A DNA stretch of 59,830 bases, taken from positions 1 through 59,830 of the forward strand of contig CAISZK010000133.1 in assembly GCA_903889915.1 (NCBI GenBank), written 5' to 3'. Shown one piece after another: positions 39,437 to 48,954 of the stretch; positions within the stretch are counted from its first letter, which is position 1, and each line of letters opens with the position of its first letter. The translations under genes were made by a program, and so were the position numbers. Under the pieces are notes generated by a model that did no database searches, had not been told where the DNA came from, and worked only from the letters and a program-made list of their open reading frames with translations. The stretch is from an uncultured Bacteroidota bacterium. GTDB taxonomy: Bacteria > Bacteroidota > Bacteroidia > Bacteroidales > CG2-30-32-10.

Positions 39437-40762
39437 TTATATTTTATCGGCATAAGTTGAAAAGCCCAGTTCAAGCAATTCTTTTACAGGGCGACAGTCA
39501 GTTGAACAAATGGCACCGGTTCTGTTTTTAGCTATCGAACCACAGCCCCCTCCACAGGCAAGTTGCAAACTACATTCGCTGCATCCGGATATCTCCGTAA
39601 CATCGCGCGATTGCCATTGTTCAACAATATCATCTTGAAGTGTAACTTCAGGGAAAAATGTTCCTAAAGCTTCATCTTCCTTACCCACGGTTGCAGTGCA
39701 TGAATACACTCTTCCCGTATAATCGAAAGCCCATTCTGTTTTGCAAGCAGGACAAGCATCAAACAATGGGTCTGGCAATTCACCATTTTCGAAAAGAAAT
39801 TTGCTAATAGAATAAGATGGCTGATAAAATTCAATGATGTGTGGATATTCCTGTATAAGTGCATACAGTTTTTCATAAAGCGAGATCCTTGAAAAAAGTT
39901 TTTCAGGCGATGAACTGCAATGATGCAATTCATAATTCCTTCCTATCTGTGTTTTGAAATTCTCATGCTTTGTCCAACCTTTGTCAATAGCAAATTGTGA
40001 AAGTAACGGCAGGTCCTCAATATTTTCTTTGTCCACTACCACGCGCAGGTTGACGGTGATATTGTTTTGAAGACAAGCGTCAATTCCTTCAACAATGCGG
40101 TTAAATGTTCCTTCATGGTTCTTCAGAAACCTGCGGCTGTTGTGCACTGTTTCTGTTCCATCAAGTGTTATCTGCACTTCGCGTGTATTGCCGCTTTTGA
40201 TAATATCCACATAATCTTTCAGCGTATAACCATTGGTTACGAAGCTAAGTTCAAGCCCATGTTCATTGGCTTTGCTGATGAAATAAGTTATCATCTCTTT
40301 CTGCTTCGGTGAATTCAGCAATGGTTCACCGCCAAAAACAGTGATATACTTTTTTCTGTTTGCAAAATATTGCCTGATATAATTGAAAAATGCATCCACA
40401 ATCTCAGTTGTCACCTCGCTGTTTGCATTCGTGTATGCGTCCTGATAACAATAGGTGCATGCAAAATTACAACTGTAGTTGGGCACAAAGAAGAGCTGCA
40501 CTTCATCGCTGTCGCGGGAATCAATGAAATCAAGATAGGCATTCTTGTATTTTATGCTTTCTGCTTTTTCATCTGCTACATAACCTTTCTCTATGAATTC
40601 CGAAAGATGCATCGTGTCATGCATTCCATTTTCTTTAATACCACTTAACTCCTCTGCCACTTGCGGACTGAGGATATCAGCATTTTTGGAAATAAGATTA
40701 ATGATGAAATGGTTTTCCGAATCCCTGATTTTTGAAAAAATATTATGCTTTGAATATTGCAT
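39437..40762 (-). CDS. Radical SAM/SPASM protein (putative peptide maturase)
   Basis: CNFACTYC, FGGEPLL, VTNG; C-terminal CPAC...YSC...CSECSLQLACGGGC...C; about 85-aa N-terminal extension. Confidence 0.9.
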   Translation of the reverse strand: MQYSKHNIFSKIRDSENHFIINLISKNADILSPQVAEELSGIKENGMHDTMHLSEFIEKGYVADEKAESIKYKNAYLDFIDSRDSDEVQLFFVPNYSCNFACTYCYQDAYTNANSEVTTEIVDAFFNYIRQYFANRKKYITVFGGEPLLNSPKQKEMITYFISKANEHGLELSFVTNGYTLKDYVDIIKSGNTREVQITLDGTETVHNSRRFLKNHEGTFNRIVEGIDACLQNNITVNLRVVVDKENIEDLPLLSQFAIDKGWTKHENFKTQIGRNYELHHCSSSPEKLFSRISLYEKLYALIQEYPHIIEFYQPSYSISKFLFENGELPDPLFDACPACKTEWAFDYTGRVYSCTATVGKEDEALGTFFPEVTLQDDIVEQWQSRDVTEISGCSECSLQLACGGGCGSIAKNRTGAICSTDCRPVKELLELGFSTYADKI

Positions 40763-40792
40763 TTTACGGGTGACTGATTGATAAATTTAATA

Positions 40793-40817
40793 AAAAGGGC
40801 AAGTCTTCCCCACCCCC
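40793..40817 (-). terminator. Weak hairpin plus U-tract between the peptide gene and the rSAM gene
   Basis: Minus strand gggggtggggaagacttgccctttt. Confidence 0.35.
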
Positions 40818-40862
40818 AACTTCACTATTGACTAATGACGCATGACCATTGACCATTGACCA

Positions 40863-40971
40863 TCAATCGTGGCAACCCGGTCTCATTTTCGATATCTTTG
40901 CGCAACACTGTGCCACTTTCACTTTTGTCAGTTTTACGATCTCTGTTTTTTTTTCTGATCAAACTTTTCAT
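40863..40971 (-). CDS. Candidate Cys-rich RiPP precursor peptide (35 aa), frameshifted at an A9 run
   Basis: ATG 40971 gives MKSLIRKK; removing one A from the run at 40946-40954 continues TEIVKLTKVKVAQCCAKISKMRPGCHD-TGA (40865-40863). Confidence 0.6.
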
Positions 40972-41009
40972 ACTATGTTTTTTTATTATTGGTATTTATT
41001 TTTTTGTTC

Positions 41010-41660
41010 TTAATTACACCCACAACCGCAGGATTTGTGCTTGGTTCCTGCAATGGTAAAACTTGAAACTTCAGCTTTTCCTTTCAGATAAGGCGAAGAT
41101 TCTTCTAATATCTGTACACTATCAAAACCTACTCCTTTCAGCACACTCAGATATTCAGTTTTTGTTATAGCGCCCGCCCAGCATTCAGCCACCGCAATGG
41201 GATCGTTTTTATATTCGTCAGCAATTGGCGCTATTGAATAGATGTCGCTAACAATAAAGCGTCCGCCATTTTTAAGTATCCTGTAAACTTCATTCCACAC
41301 CGCATGCTTATCAGAAGCATGATTGATGGTACAGTTTGAAATGACCAGGTCGGCGGTCTTATCAGGAAGTTGAATCTTTTCAAGGTCACTTTTAATAAAA
41401 TTCACATTGGTGACATTGAATTTCTCAGCGCTTTTTCTTGCTTTTTCAATCATGCCATCTGAAGCATCTATACCAAATGCAAAACCTGTTTCACCTACCA
41501 TTTCGGCAAGCCGTAGAACATCCCGTCCCTGTCCGCTTCCGAGGTCCACACAGACTTCACCGCTTTTTACTCCTGAATAATTAATTGCGCCACCACACGA
41601 AAGGCAGCATTCTGTGTCAGCAAGCTGACTGTATCTGTTATTGATTTCTTTTATTTCCAT
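41010..41660 (-). CDS. ArsM-like SAM-dependent methyltransferase, short form
   Basis: CCLSCGG, VDLGSG.GRD, ISNCTIN, AECWAGA; Cys-rich tail SCGCGCN. Confidence 0.8.
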   Translation of the reverse strand: MEIKEINNRYSQLADTECCLSCGGAINYSGVKSGEVCVDLGSGQGRDVLRLAEMVGETGFAFGIDASDGMIEKARKSAEKFNVTNVNFIKSDLEKIQLPDKTADLVISNCTINHASDKHAVWNEVYRILKNGGRFIVSDIYSIAPIADEYKNDPIAVAECWAGAITKTEYLSVLKGVGFDSVQILEESSPYLKGKAEVSSFTIAGTKHKSCGCGCN

Positions 41661-41678
41661 TCTATCAAAGGTAAACAA

Positions 41679-41918
41679 TTAGCAAGACTTGCAAGGACGA
41701 TTAACGAAGAAGAATCCTATTGCCCCTCCAAACAGGATACTCATAAAAGGATTACTAGCGATGCCACAGGAACCGGAAGTACACCCTACGAAGTAATAAT
41801 ATAAAAATCCAAGTGTTCCTCCGGCAATTACTGCTGATGCTGGTTTCCAGAACCACGATGAACGAATTAACTCTTTAAATGTTTTTGGCCTGCTTGCAGC
41901 CTCGCAACTTTCACTCAT
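41679..41918 (-). CDS. Small membrane protein with GC.SGSC motif (DUF6132-like)
   Basis: GFLYYYFVGCTSGSCGIASNP. Confidence 0.7.
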   Translation of the reverse strand: MSESCEAASRPKTFKELIRSSWFWKPASAVIAGGTLGFLYYYFVGCTSGSCGIASNPFMSILFGGAIGFFFVNRPCKSC

Positions 41919-41935
41919 TTATTATTTTTTTAATT

Positions 41936-42361
41936 TCAATTATTCAGTACTTTTTTAATTTCCCTTACCAGGAAGTCTTTACTCTTGGCTCCAACAAAGC
42001 GGTTTATTTCTCTGCCATTTTTAAACATTATCAAGGTTGGAATGCTCTTCACTTTGTATTTTGAAGCTATTTCCTGATGATGCTCTATGTTTAATTTTCC
42101 AACAGATGCATTTCCGTTGAGTTCTTCAGCGACATTGTTGAGAATGGGCGCCATCATTTTACAAGGCATGCACCACTCTGCCCAGAAATCAACAAGAGTG
42201 ACCCCAGTTTTAATCTGGCTTTGAAAATTATTACTGGTAAGTACTTTGATTTTTTGATGATCTGCTTCTACAGGCATATTCTTCATTTTCCTTATTGAAT
42301 AGAAAACATACACTGCAAAGATCAAAATGATAATGGATACAACAATTGCAATCGCGCTCAC
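41936..42361 (-). CDS. Thioredoxin with N-terminal membrane anchor
   Basis: TM helix then DFWAEWCMPC, SIPTL. Confidence 0.9.
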   Translation of the reverse strand: MSAIAIVVSIIILIFAVYVFYSIRKMKNMPVEADHQKIKVLTSNNFQSQIKTGVTLVDFWAEWCMPCKMMAPILNNVAEELNGNASVGKLNIEHHQEIASKYKVKSIPTLIMFKNGREINRFVGAKSKDFLVREIKKVLNN

Positions 42362-42373
42362 ATTCTTTCTTAT

Positions 42374-42580
42374 TTATTTTTCTTTTTTAACAGTGCTGAG
42401 TCCAAATGGCAGGTACAAGGGACAAAAACTAACCAGACTGGTAAGGATGAAGATCCCCGATAAAATAAGTAATACAACTCCCAACGTTCCAGTGATCACG
42501 TGGGTGAAGAAGAGTATTGCAACTACGGCAGCTATCAGTATCCTGACAATTTTATCTGCCAACCCCATGTTTTTTTTCAT
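42374..42580 (-). CDS. DUF2892 (YgaP-like) membrane protein
   Basis: MKKNMG..DK.VR...TSLVSFCPLYLPFG.ST. Confidence 0.88.
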   Translation of the reverse strand: MKKNMGLADKIVRILIAAVVAILFFTHVITGTLGVVLLILSGIFILTSLVSFCPLYLPFGLSTVKKEK

Positions 42581-42611
42581 AATTGTTTTTGATTTAATTT
42601 CGTACTCAATA

Positions 42612-42628
42612 TTCAATCATCGTGCCAA
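42612..42628 (-). promoter_or_regulatory. Possible sigma-54-type -24/-12 element
   Basis: Minus strand TTGGCACGATGATTGAA, about 32 bp upstream of ATG 42580. Confidence 0.35.
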
Positions 42629-42835
42629 CTCATGTACGTCTTTGACAAATTGCTTGTTACACAAACATCAAATAGTTTAGATGGTTAATAATAGATTAAC
42701 TTATCATTAACCACATTAATTTTTGATTAATTCGATTAATCTTTGATATAAAAACGATTTGGCACAAAATTCATAGATATTTATCCAAAAAACTCCATTA
42801 GAATTGCAACTGAAAATAGCAAAAACGATTACTTC

Positions 42836-43963
42836 TTACTTCTTCCCCACCTCAGCACTATTAAAATAAAAATACAAAGCCAACGGCCTGTAGAAAGCAT
42901 GCGCAAATTTTGAAAATGCAAACAACAAAACCATCTCCATTGATACGAGAATGTGGAGCATGAAAACAATCTGATTGAAAAAATTATCAGAAGCAAAGCC
43001 AACCGAAACTTCAAGCCAAAAGCCCGTCAATCCTGCGATCCATAAAAAAATCAGCAGCATCCAGTCAGCAAGATTGGTGGTTTTGTAAGAACGCGTCACT
43101 TTAATTATTCTGTAATAAATAGCAAATGAAGAACCGTACATCATCATGAGGCCGGCTAAGGTTCCAATTATCCTGCTGGGCAACCATATTGATGTTGCGG
43201 GATCTTTCAAAATAAAATCAAGTGTGGTGGCAACAAGCAAACCTATAAAACCCCACATGATCATCCAGTGAACAAACCAGGGCTTTACAATTTCAGATTT
43301 TGTTTTCCAATGTGATTCTTCTTCGCTGTCGCAGGTTTTATAACGCTTCATGGTGGCAAGTTCATTCATCAGATTCTTTATTGAACTCCACACTGAAACC
43401 TTTTTCTTATCAGCTTTCACTTTGTCTTTCGTGAATTTTCTTACAAGGTTGAAAACACCAATAACCATTGATAGCCCTGTTAAACTGAATATCACCAGAC
43501 CCATTGTGTGAATTACATTGTAAGGGAAAATATTAAAGATCCATCTTGAAACTTCGGCATCGGGTTTAATTGTAAGAAGGAAAAAACTCAGAACCACGGC
43601 AAGTATCACAGTGATGAAAATTGAAAACGGATTGCTTTTAAATATCAGTTTAGTCAATCCTGTTGGCTCATAACCGGCGATGGCATATCTTCTCAAAGCA
43701 GACATGTAATCTCCGGGAGCCGCCTGCCTTGGGCAGTTTAAGGAACATTCTCCGCAGGCATAACACAACCATAATTCCTTGCTTTTTAAAATTTCCTCTT
43801 GCTGACCGAGCATTCCATAACGGATAAGCATACGCGGAAAGTTTGCATTCTTATCAGTAAGACCGCAAACAGCCGTGCAGTTGCCACAGTTGTAACAAGC
43901 GCTGAAATCTTTTGCTCCGTATTTTTTTATCTCTTCAGCAAAACCGGGATATATTTTTGCCAT
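42836..43963 (-). CDS. QmoC-like protein (HdrC-like 2[4Fe-4S] domain fused to a NarI-like membrane domain)
   Basis: CYNCGNCTAVC, WLCYACGECSLNCP; multiple TM helices with His; SKFAHAFYRP. Confidence 0.8.
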   Translation of the reverse strand: MAKIYPGFAEEIKKYGAKDFSACYNCGNCTAVCGLTDKNANFPRMLIRYGMLGQQEEILKSKELWLCYACGECSLNCPRQAAPGDYMSALRRYAIAGYEPTGLTKLIFKSNPFSIFITVILAVVLSFFLLTIKPDAEVSRWIFNIFPYNVIHTMGLVIFSLTGLSMVIGVFNLVRKFTKDKVKADKKKVSVWSSIKNLMNELATMKRYKTCDSEEESHWKTKSEIVKPWFVHWMIMWGFIGLLVATTLDFILKDPATSIWLPSRIIGTLAGLMMMYGSSFAIYYRIIKVTRSYKTTNLADWMLLIFLWIAGLTGFWLEVSVGFASDNFFNQIVFMLHILVSMEMVLLFAFSKFAHAFYRPLALYFYFNSAEVGKK

Positions 43964-43968
43964 GATGA

Positions 43969-46167
43969 TCAGTTTTTCTGTTTGTACAAATAATAGGTTT
44001 CTTTTTTATCCAAACCGGCTGCCTGAACAATGCTGTATTTGTTCATTGTCATAAGATGGTATGTAACCAGGTCACTGTTTATTGCCAGCTCTTTCGCAAT
44101 TTCCGGTATTGTCATTGGCTTTTCATTGATTGATTGAAGTATTTGTTTCCACAACTGAGGATACTCCTTCATAGTAACACCTGCTTCTTTTTCCTCAACT
44201 TCTGTTTCGCCTGACTGTTCTTTCAATTCAATCTTCTGCATAAAGCCATCAATCATTGCTTCAATTTCATCATTGGTATATTGCGCAATTTGTATGGCAT
44301 CCACAGGGCAAACAGGTGCGCATATTCCGCAACCCGTACAACTTGCCCTGTTCACAGATGCCACACTTCCCCCTCCTAATTTTATTTCTTTCAGTGCATC
44401 ATATTCGCAAACGGCAGCGCATTTGCCACACCACTTACAAACATCAGAATCAACAGTGGCAACGATAGGATCAAGAGAGATCTTCCCACTTTTGATCAAT
44501 GCATTTATTTTTGCCGAAGCCGATAAAGACGACTGAACAGATTCTGAAATATTTTTAGGTCCCTGGCATGAACCGCCAATAAACACGCCTTTGATAACAG
44601 TTTCGACGGGTTTTAATTTAGGATGAATTTCATTGAAGAATTTATCATTACCTATAGGAATTTTAAGCCTCTCGGAAATGGTTGAACTGTCTGAACGGGC
44701 AACCATACCTGTTACCAACACTACAAGATCGGTTTCAAATTCCATTTCTTTTTTTGAAGTGAGAAGGTCTTTCACTTTTACGATCAGCTTATCGCCGGAC
44801 TTTTCAATTACCGGTGGTTCTTTCTCATCAAACCTCAGATAAATATCTCCTTGTTTTGATGATTTTTCAAAAAGAATTTCCTGTTTGCCATAGGTCCTGA
44901 TATCGCGGAAAAGATGGAACGACTGTATGTCTTTATATTTTTCCTTTATCATTAACGAAGTGTGAATAGTTGATGTGCAGCAAAAACGCGAGCAATATTT
45001 ATTCTCTCCTTTTGCCTGCCTGTTGCCAACACAATAGATAAACGCCACACTCCTGACGGCTTTATTTTTATAAACCAATCTGTCAGGATTTAATTCAATA
45101 AGGCTTTTAAACTCGGGAAGTGTAATAACGCTATCGGAATTCCCATAGCCGTAGTCAGTTTCCTTGGGTTGATAAGTATCCACTCCGGAAGTCACAAGAA
45201 CTGAACCTGCGCCAAGCGTTAATGATTCTGTTGCCTGGTAAATGTCAATAACGGAGGAATGTTTTTCAACAAACTCATTGGCATTTTTTAAAGCTTCTGC
45301 ATCCACTACAAACCTGTCGGGCAAAGCTTCCGCATAGTTTTTATAGATGGCTTTTCTCTTTGTCAAACCATGAGTAAATTCATCGGGAACTTCAACAGTG
45401 CAATCTGAAATGGCTTGCTGAATCATTTTATCATCTGCTTTTTCATTGATAAAACGTGGCTTTATTTCAATATTGACGCTGAAATTACCAAGGCTTCCTG
45501 AGATCTTTACAAGGGTAGCGCCTGTAAAAAGAGTAATGTTTTTCAAAGATTTAATTTCATTGTAAAGTTGTTCTACCAGTTGTTTTCCCTTCTGGTTGGT
45601 CATGAATAAAGAACCTGCCTGCGCAACTCTTCCACCAACAAAAAAATCTTTCTCAAGAAGAAAAACTTCATTTCCCATTTTAGCAAGATCAATGGCAGCA
45701 CGCATACCGGAAACTCCTGCACCCACAATTACCACAGCTTTCTTAGCCTCAATTTCGATATTTTCCAATGCTTTTGAACGGGCAACTCTTTTTATACCAC
45801 CCCTGATCAACCCAACAGCTTTCTTCGTTGCATCCAGAGGTTGATCATGGTGAGGCCATGAACACTGCTCGCGGATATTAACCTGTGTATAATTGAAAGG
45901 ATTGAGACCTGCTCTTTCAGCAACACCACGAAATGTATAGAGATGCAGTTTTGGTGAACAGGAAGCGACAACAATGGCATCAAGATTTTTATCTTTGATA
46001 TCATTGATCATTTCTTTCTGGTTGGAATCCGCACATGCAAACATCACATGTTTTGAAATGACCACGCCTTCCTCTTCCTTCATTATTTTACTGAGTTCTT
46101 CAACATCCACATAATCGGAAATGTTTCCTCCACAATGACAAATGTAAACTCCAATTCGTTCTTTCAT
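43969..46167 (-). CDS. HdrA-like FAD/Fe-S protein with C-terminal winged-helix-like extension
   Basis: IGVYICHCGGNI, ASCSP, NIREQCSW, GAGVSG, YCVG...YCSRFCC, GPKNISES, two CxxCxxC motifs. Confidence 0.88.
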   Translation of the reverse strand: MKERIGVYICHCGGNISDYVDVEELSKIMKEEEGVVISKHVMFACADSNQKEMINDIKDKNLDAIVVASCSPKLHLYTFRGVAERAGLNPFNYTQVNIREQCSWPHHDQPLDATKKAVGLIRGGIKRVARSKALENIEIEAKKAVVIVGAGVSGMRAAIDLAKMGNEVFLLEKDFFVGGRVAQAGSLFMTNQKGKQLVEQLYNEIKSLKNITLFTGATLVKISGSLGNFSVNIEIKPRFINEKADDKMIQQAISDCTVEVPDEFTHGLTKRKAIYKNYAEALPDRFVVDAEALKNANEFVEKHSSVIDIYQATESLTLGAGSVLVTSGVDTYQPKETDYGYGNSDSVITLPEFKSLIELNPDRLVYKNKAVRSVAFIYCVGNRQAKGENKYCSRFCCTSTIHTSLMIKEKYKDIQSFHLFRDIRTYGKQEILFEKSSKQGDIYLRFDEKEPPVIEKSGDKLIVKVKDLLTSKKEMEFETDLVVLVTGMVARSDSSTISERLKIPIGNDKFFNEIHPKLKPVETVIKGVFIGGSCQGPKNISESVQSSLSASAKINALIKSGKISLDPIVATVDSDVCKWCGKCAAVCEYDALKEIKLGGGSVASVNRASCTGCGICAPVCPVDAIQIAQYTNDEIEAMIDGFMQKIELKEQSGETEVEEKEAGVTMKEYPQLWKQILQSINEKPMTIPEIAKELAINSDLVTYHLMTMNKYSIVQAAGLDKKETYYLYKQKN

Positions 46168-46191
46168 TTTATCGTTTTTTTTGAATGAACC

Positions 46192-48936
46192 TTATGCTTT
46201 ACTTAAATAACTTGCAACTTCTGATGCTGCGCATCCCGCAGATAAAATAGAATCAGGAATATCTTTAGGTCCTGATGCTGCTCCTGCAACAAACACTCCT
46301 TCTATACTTGTGTTGGATGGTTTCAATAATTCATCTGTTTGTTTCACAAAATTGAAATCATCCAGTTCCAGTTTTGCATTTGTGAACATCTGTGGGATCT
46401 CTTTGTTAGGAAGAACTCCAACTGAAAGAACAACCAGGTCGTGCTTAGCTTCCTTCACTGTTCCTGTAGCCACGTCTTCATAACGCAAAATAAGATCCCC
46501 GCTCATATCATCCTTTTCCTTTATCCGCGCCACTTTTCCTTTTACAAAATTCACTCCCATGCCTTTCGATTGCATGAAAAATTCTTCATATCCCTTTCCG
46601 AAAGCGCGTATATCAATGTAGTAAATTGAGATGTCAGCAAGAGGCAAAGCGCCCATCAGTAGTTGAGCCTGCTTGATGGAATACATGCAACAAACCTGTG
46701 AACAGATAGGATTGTTAGAACACTCACTACTGCAGGATTTATTTTCCATGCTTGAATCACGTGAGCCGGTACATAAAACATACGCGATATTGTCAGGGAC
46801 TTTTCCATCACCAGGACGAAGAACATTATTATAAGGCCGTGTTGGCGCAATCAATCTTTCCATTTGCATGGAATCAATAACATTTGGAAATTTTGTATAA
46901 CCGTACTCAGGCTTGCCCTCAGGTTTGAATAATTTATATCCTGTTGTAACTATCACCGAATTTGCATTTGCCTTCACAACTTCTTTCTTCAGTGAAAAAT
47001 CAATTGCCTCAGCCGGACAAGCCGTAACACACTGATGACATTCGCGGCAATTGCTGCAATCAAGACAACGCGCTGCACTTTTGTTTACCTCCTGCTCAGT
47101 ATAGGTTATTTCAATATCATTAAAATTTTTTATTCTTTCCGTTACACTGCGGAACTTATGATGAAGAGCGGGAATGAAAGTTATATCCTTTCTTTGAAGA
47201 ATATTTTTTTTATCAACGGCAGGAAGCTTATCACCAAATTCAAATGATTCGGTATCCTCTCCAAGTAAAAATTTGTCAATAAAGTAAGCTGCCTTCTTTC
47301 CTTGTCCGGCTGCCTCAATGATTGTAGAAGCACCTGTAACGCTATCACCGCCTGCAAAAATATTCGTCTTTGATGTCTGTAAAGTTTTTGGATTTACCTT
47401 TATCGTACCGCCTTTATTCAACTCGAGGTCTTTTGCAAACATGGAGGTTGAAGGCTGCAATCCTATGGCTTCAATAACAAAATCAACATCCTGAAAATAT
47501 TCAGAGCCGGGAACAGGAACAGGTCTTCTTCGTCCGCTTTCATCCGGATTGTCAAGTTGCATTTTTATCAACTGCACCTTTTTAACCACACCATTCTCAC
47601 CTGTGAATTTTATTGGGTTTCTTAATAGCAAAAGTTCTGCACCTTCTTCTTCGGCTTCCTTTATTTCAGGTTCAAAACAAGGCATCTCTTCACGGCTGCG
47701 TCTGTAAACAATAGTTACTTTTTCAGCGCCCAGACGAATGGATGTTCTTGCAGCATCCATTGCTGTATTGCCGCCTCCGATAACCATCACTTTCCTGCCT
47801 TTCAGATTTTCTTTCTGACCGATATTTGCTTCTCTGAGGAAATCAAGACAGGAGACAATGCCTTTCAGGTTTGATCCTTCCACATTCAGCTTGCTTGTGT
47901 CGTGTGTACCTACAGAAACAAATACGCTGTCATAGCCCGCTTTTGTTAAAGAGTCAATGCTCTCAATTTTATTATTTACTTCATATTCCACACCCAGTGA
48001 AAGAATGTTTTTCACATCACGTTCAACAATTTTCTTTGGAAGACGGTATTCAGGAAGAGTCAACATCAACATGCCCCCAAGAACAGGAGCCGCTTCAAAT
48101 ATTTTTACAGTATGGCCTTTAAGCGCCAAATGATAAGCAGCGGTTAAACCGGCAGGACCGGAACCTATCACAGCCACTTTTTTACCTGACTTTTTTCCAA
48201 TAATTCTTTCCTGTGGCTCAGGATATTTTTCATAATAAAAATCAGCAAAAAATCTTTTTATCCTTCTTATATCAACAGATCCTTCCAAACTTGCCCTTGT
48301 ACATGCATTCTGACAGGGAGCATAACAGGCACGCCCAAGACTACCGGGAAGCGGGATGTCTTCCAGGTGCAGTTTCATTGCTTCTTCATACTGCCCATTT
48401 CTCACAAGGGAAATATAGCCGTAAGGTTTCACACCTCCGGGACATTCGTTAATACAGGGCGCTGAAATATCCTGCCTGTCAATAGCGGCAATTCTGGGGT
48501 TTGCAAGACTGAAAGGGATGTATGCAACCTTTCTGCCAGCCAGATTACAATTGTATTCATCGGGACGGATTTCAGGACATGCCACTTCACACAACTGACA
48601 ACCTGTACAGGCTTCGGGAACAACATAGCGGGGTTTCTTATCAACCCTGATTTTAAAATCTTTTCCTGATTTTTTAATTTCACCAATCTCACTGTTCAAT
48701 TGTAAGGTGATATTCGGATGCCTTGCAGTCTCCGACATCTTAGGGGTGGTAATACATGCTGCACAATCAAGCGTAGGGAACACCTTGCTCAATTGAATCA
48801 TCTTCCCTCCTATTGACAGACCCTTTTCAACAAGCAGCACTTTGTAATCCATTTCAGCAAGATTCAATGCAGCCTCCTGACCGGCAATGCCACCACCGAT
48901 TACCAGTGCATCATAATTTTTATCCTGTTCAAGCAT
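46192..48936 (-). CDS. HdrA/HdrL-like protein with inserted GltD-type NAD(P)H-binding module
   Basis: GGGIAG, KVFPTLDCAAC, GSGPAGL, GGGNTAMDAART, CSQVCCMY, GPKDIPDS. Confidence 0.88.
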   Translation of the reverse strand: MLEQDKNYDALVIGGGIAGQEAALNLAEMDYKVLLVEKGLSIGGKMIQLSKVFPTLDCAACITTPKMSETARHPNITLQLNSEIGEIKKSGKDFKIRVDKKPRYVVPEACTGCQLCEVACPEIRPDEYNCNLAGRKVAYIPFSLANPRIAAIDRQDISAPCINECPGGVKPYGYISLVRNGQYEEAMKLHLEDIPLPGSLGRACYAPCQNACTRASLEGSVDIRRIKRFFADFYYEKYPEPQERIIGKKSGKKVAVIGSGPAGLTAAYHLALKGHTVKIFEAAPVLGGMLMLTLPEYRLPKKIVERDVKNILSLGVEYEVNNKIESIDSLTKAGYDSVFVSVGTHDTSKLNVEGSNLKGIVSCLDFLREANIGQKENLKGRKVMVIGGGNTAMDAARTSIRLGAEKVTIVYRRSREEMPCFEPEIKEAEEEGAELLLLRNPIKFTGENGVVKKVQLIKMQLDNPDESGRRRPVPVPGSEYFQDVDFVIEAIGLQPSTSMFAKDLELNKGGTIKVNPKTLQTSKTNIFAGGDSVTGASTIIEAAGQGKKAAYFIDKFLLGEDTESFEFGDKLPAVDKKNILQRKDITFIPALHHKFRSVTERIKNFNDIEITYTEQEVNKSAARCLDCSNCRECHQCVTACPAEAIDFSLKKEVVKANANSVIVTTGYKLFKPEGKPEYGYTKFPNVIDSMQMERLIAPTRPYNNVLRPGDGKVPDNIAYVLCTGSRDSSMENKSCSSECSNNPICSQVCCMYSIKQAQLLMGALPLADISIYYIDIRAFGKGYEEFFMQSKGMGVNFVKGKVARIKEKDDMSGDLILRYEDVATGTVKEAKHDLVVLSVGVLPNKEIPQMFTNAKLELDDFNFVKQTDELLKPSNTSIEGVFVAGAASGPKDIPDSILSAGCAASEVASYLSKA

Positions 48937-48954
48937 GATGTTACTTTTTGAAAA

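Noticed and set aside
40825-40971. Uncorrected 48-aa reading MKSLIRKKNRDRK...SCVISQ
   Set aside because: Runs into the heptamer array; the shifted frame gives a cleaner Cys-rich core that stops just before the repeats. Not formally excluded.
40856-41059. 67-aa plus-strand ORF
   Set aside because: Antisense to the operon; the minus-strand peptide explains the region better.
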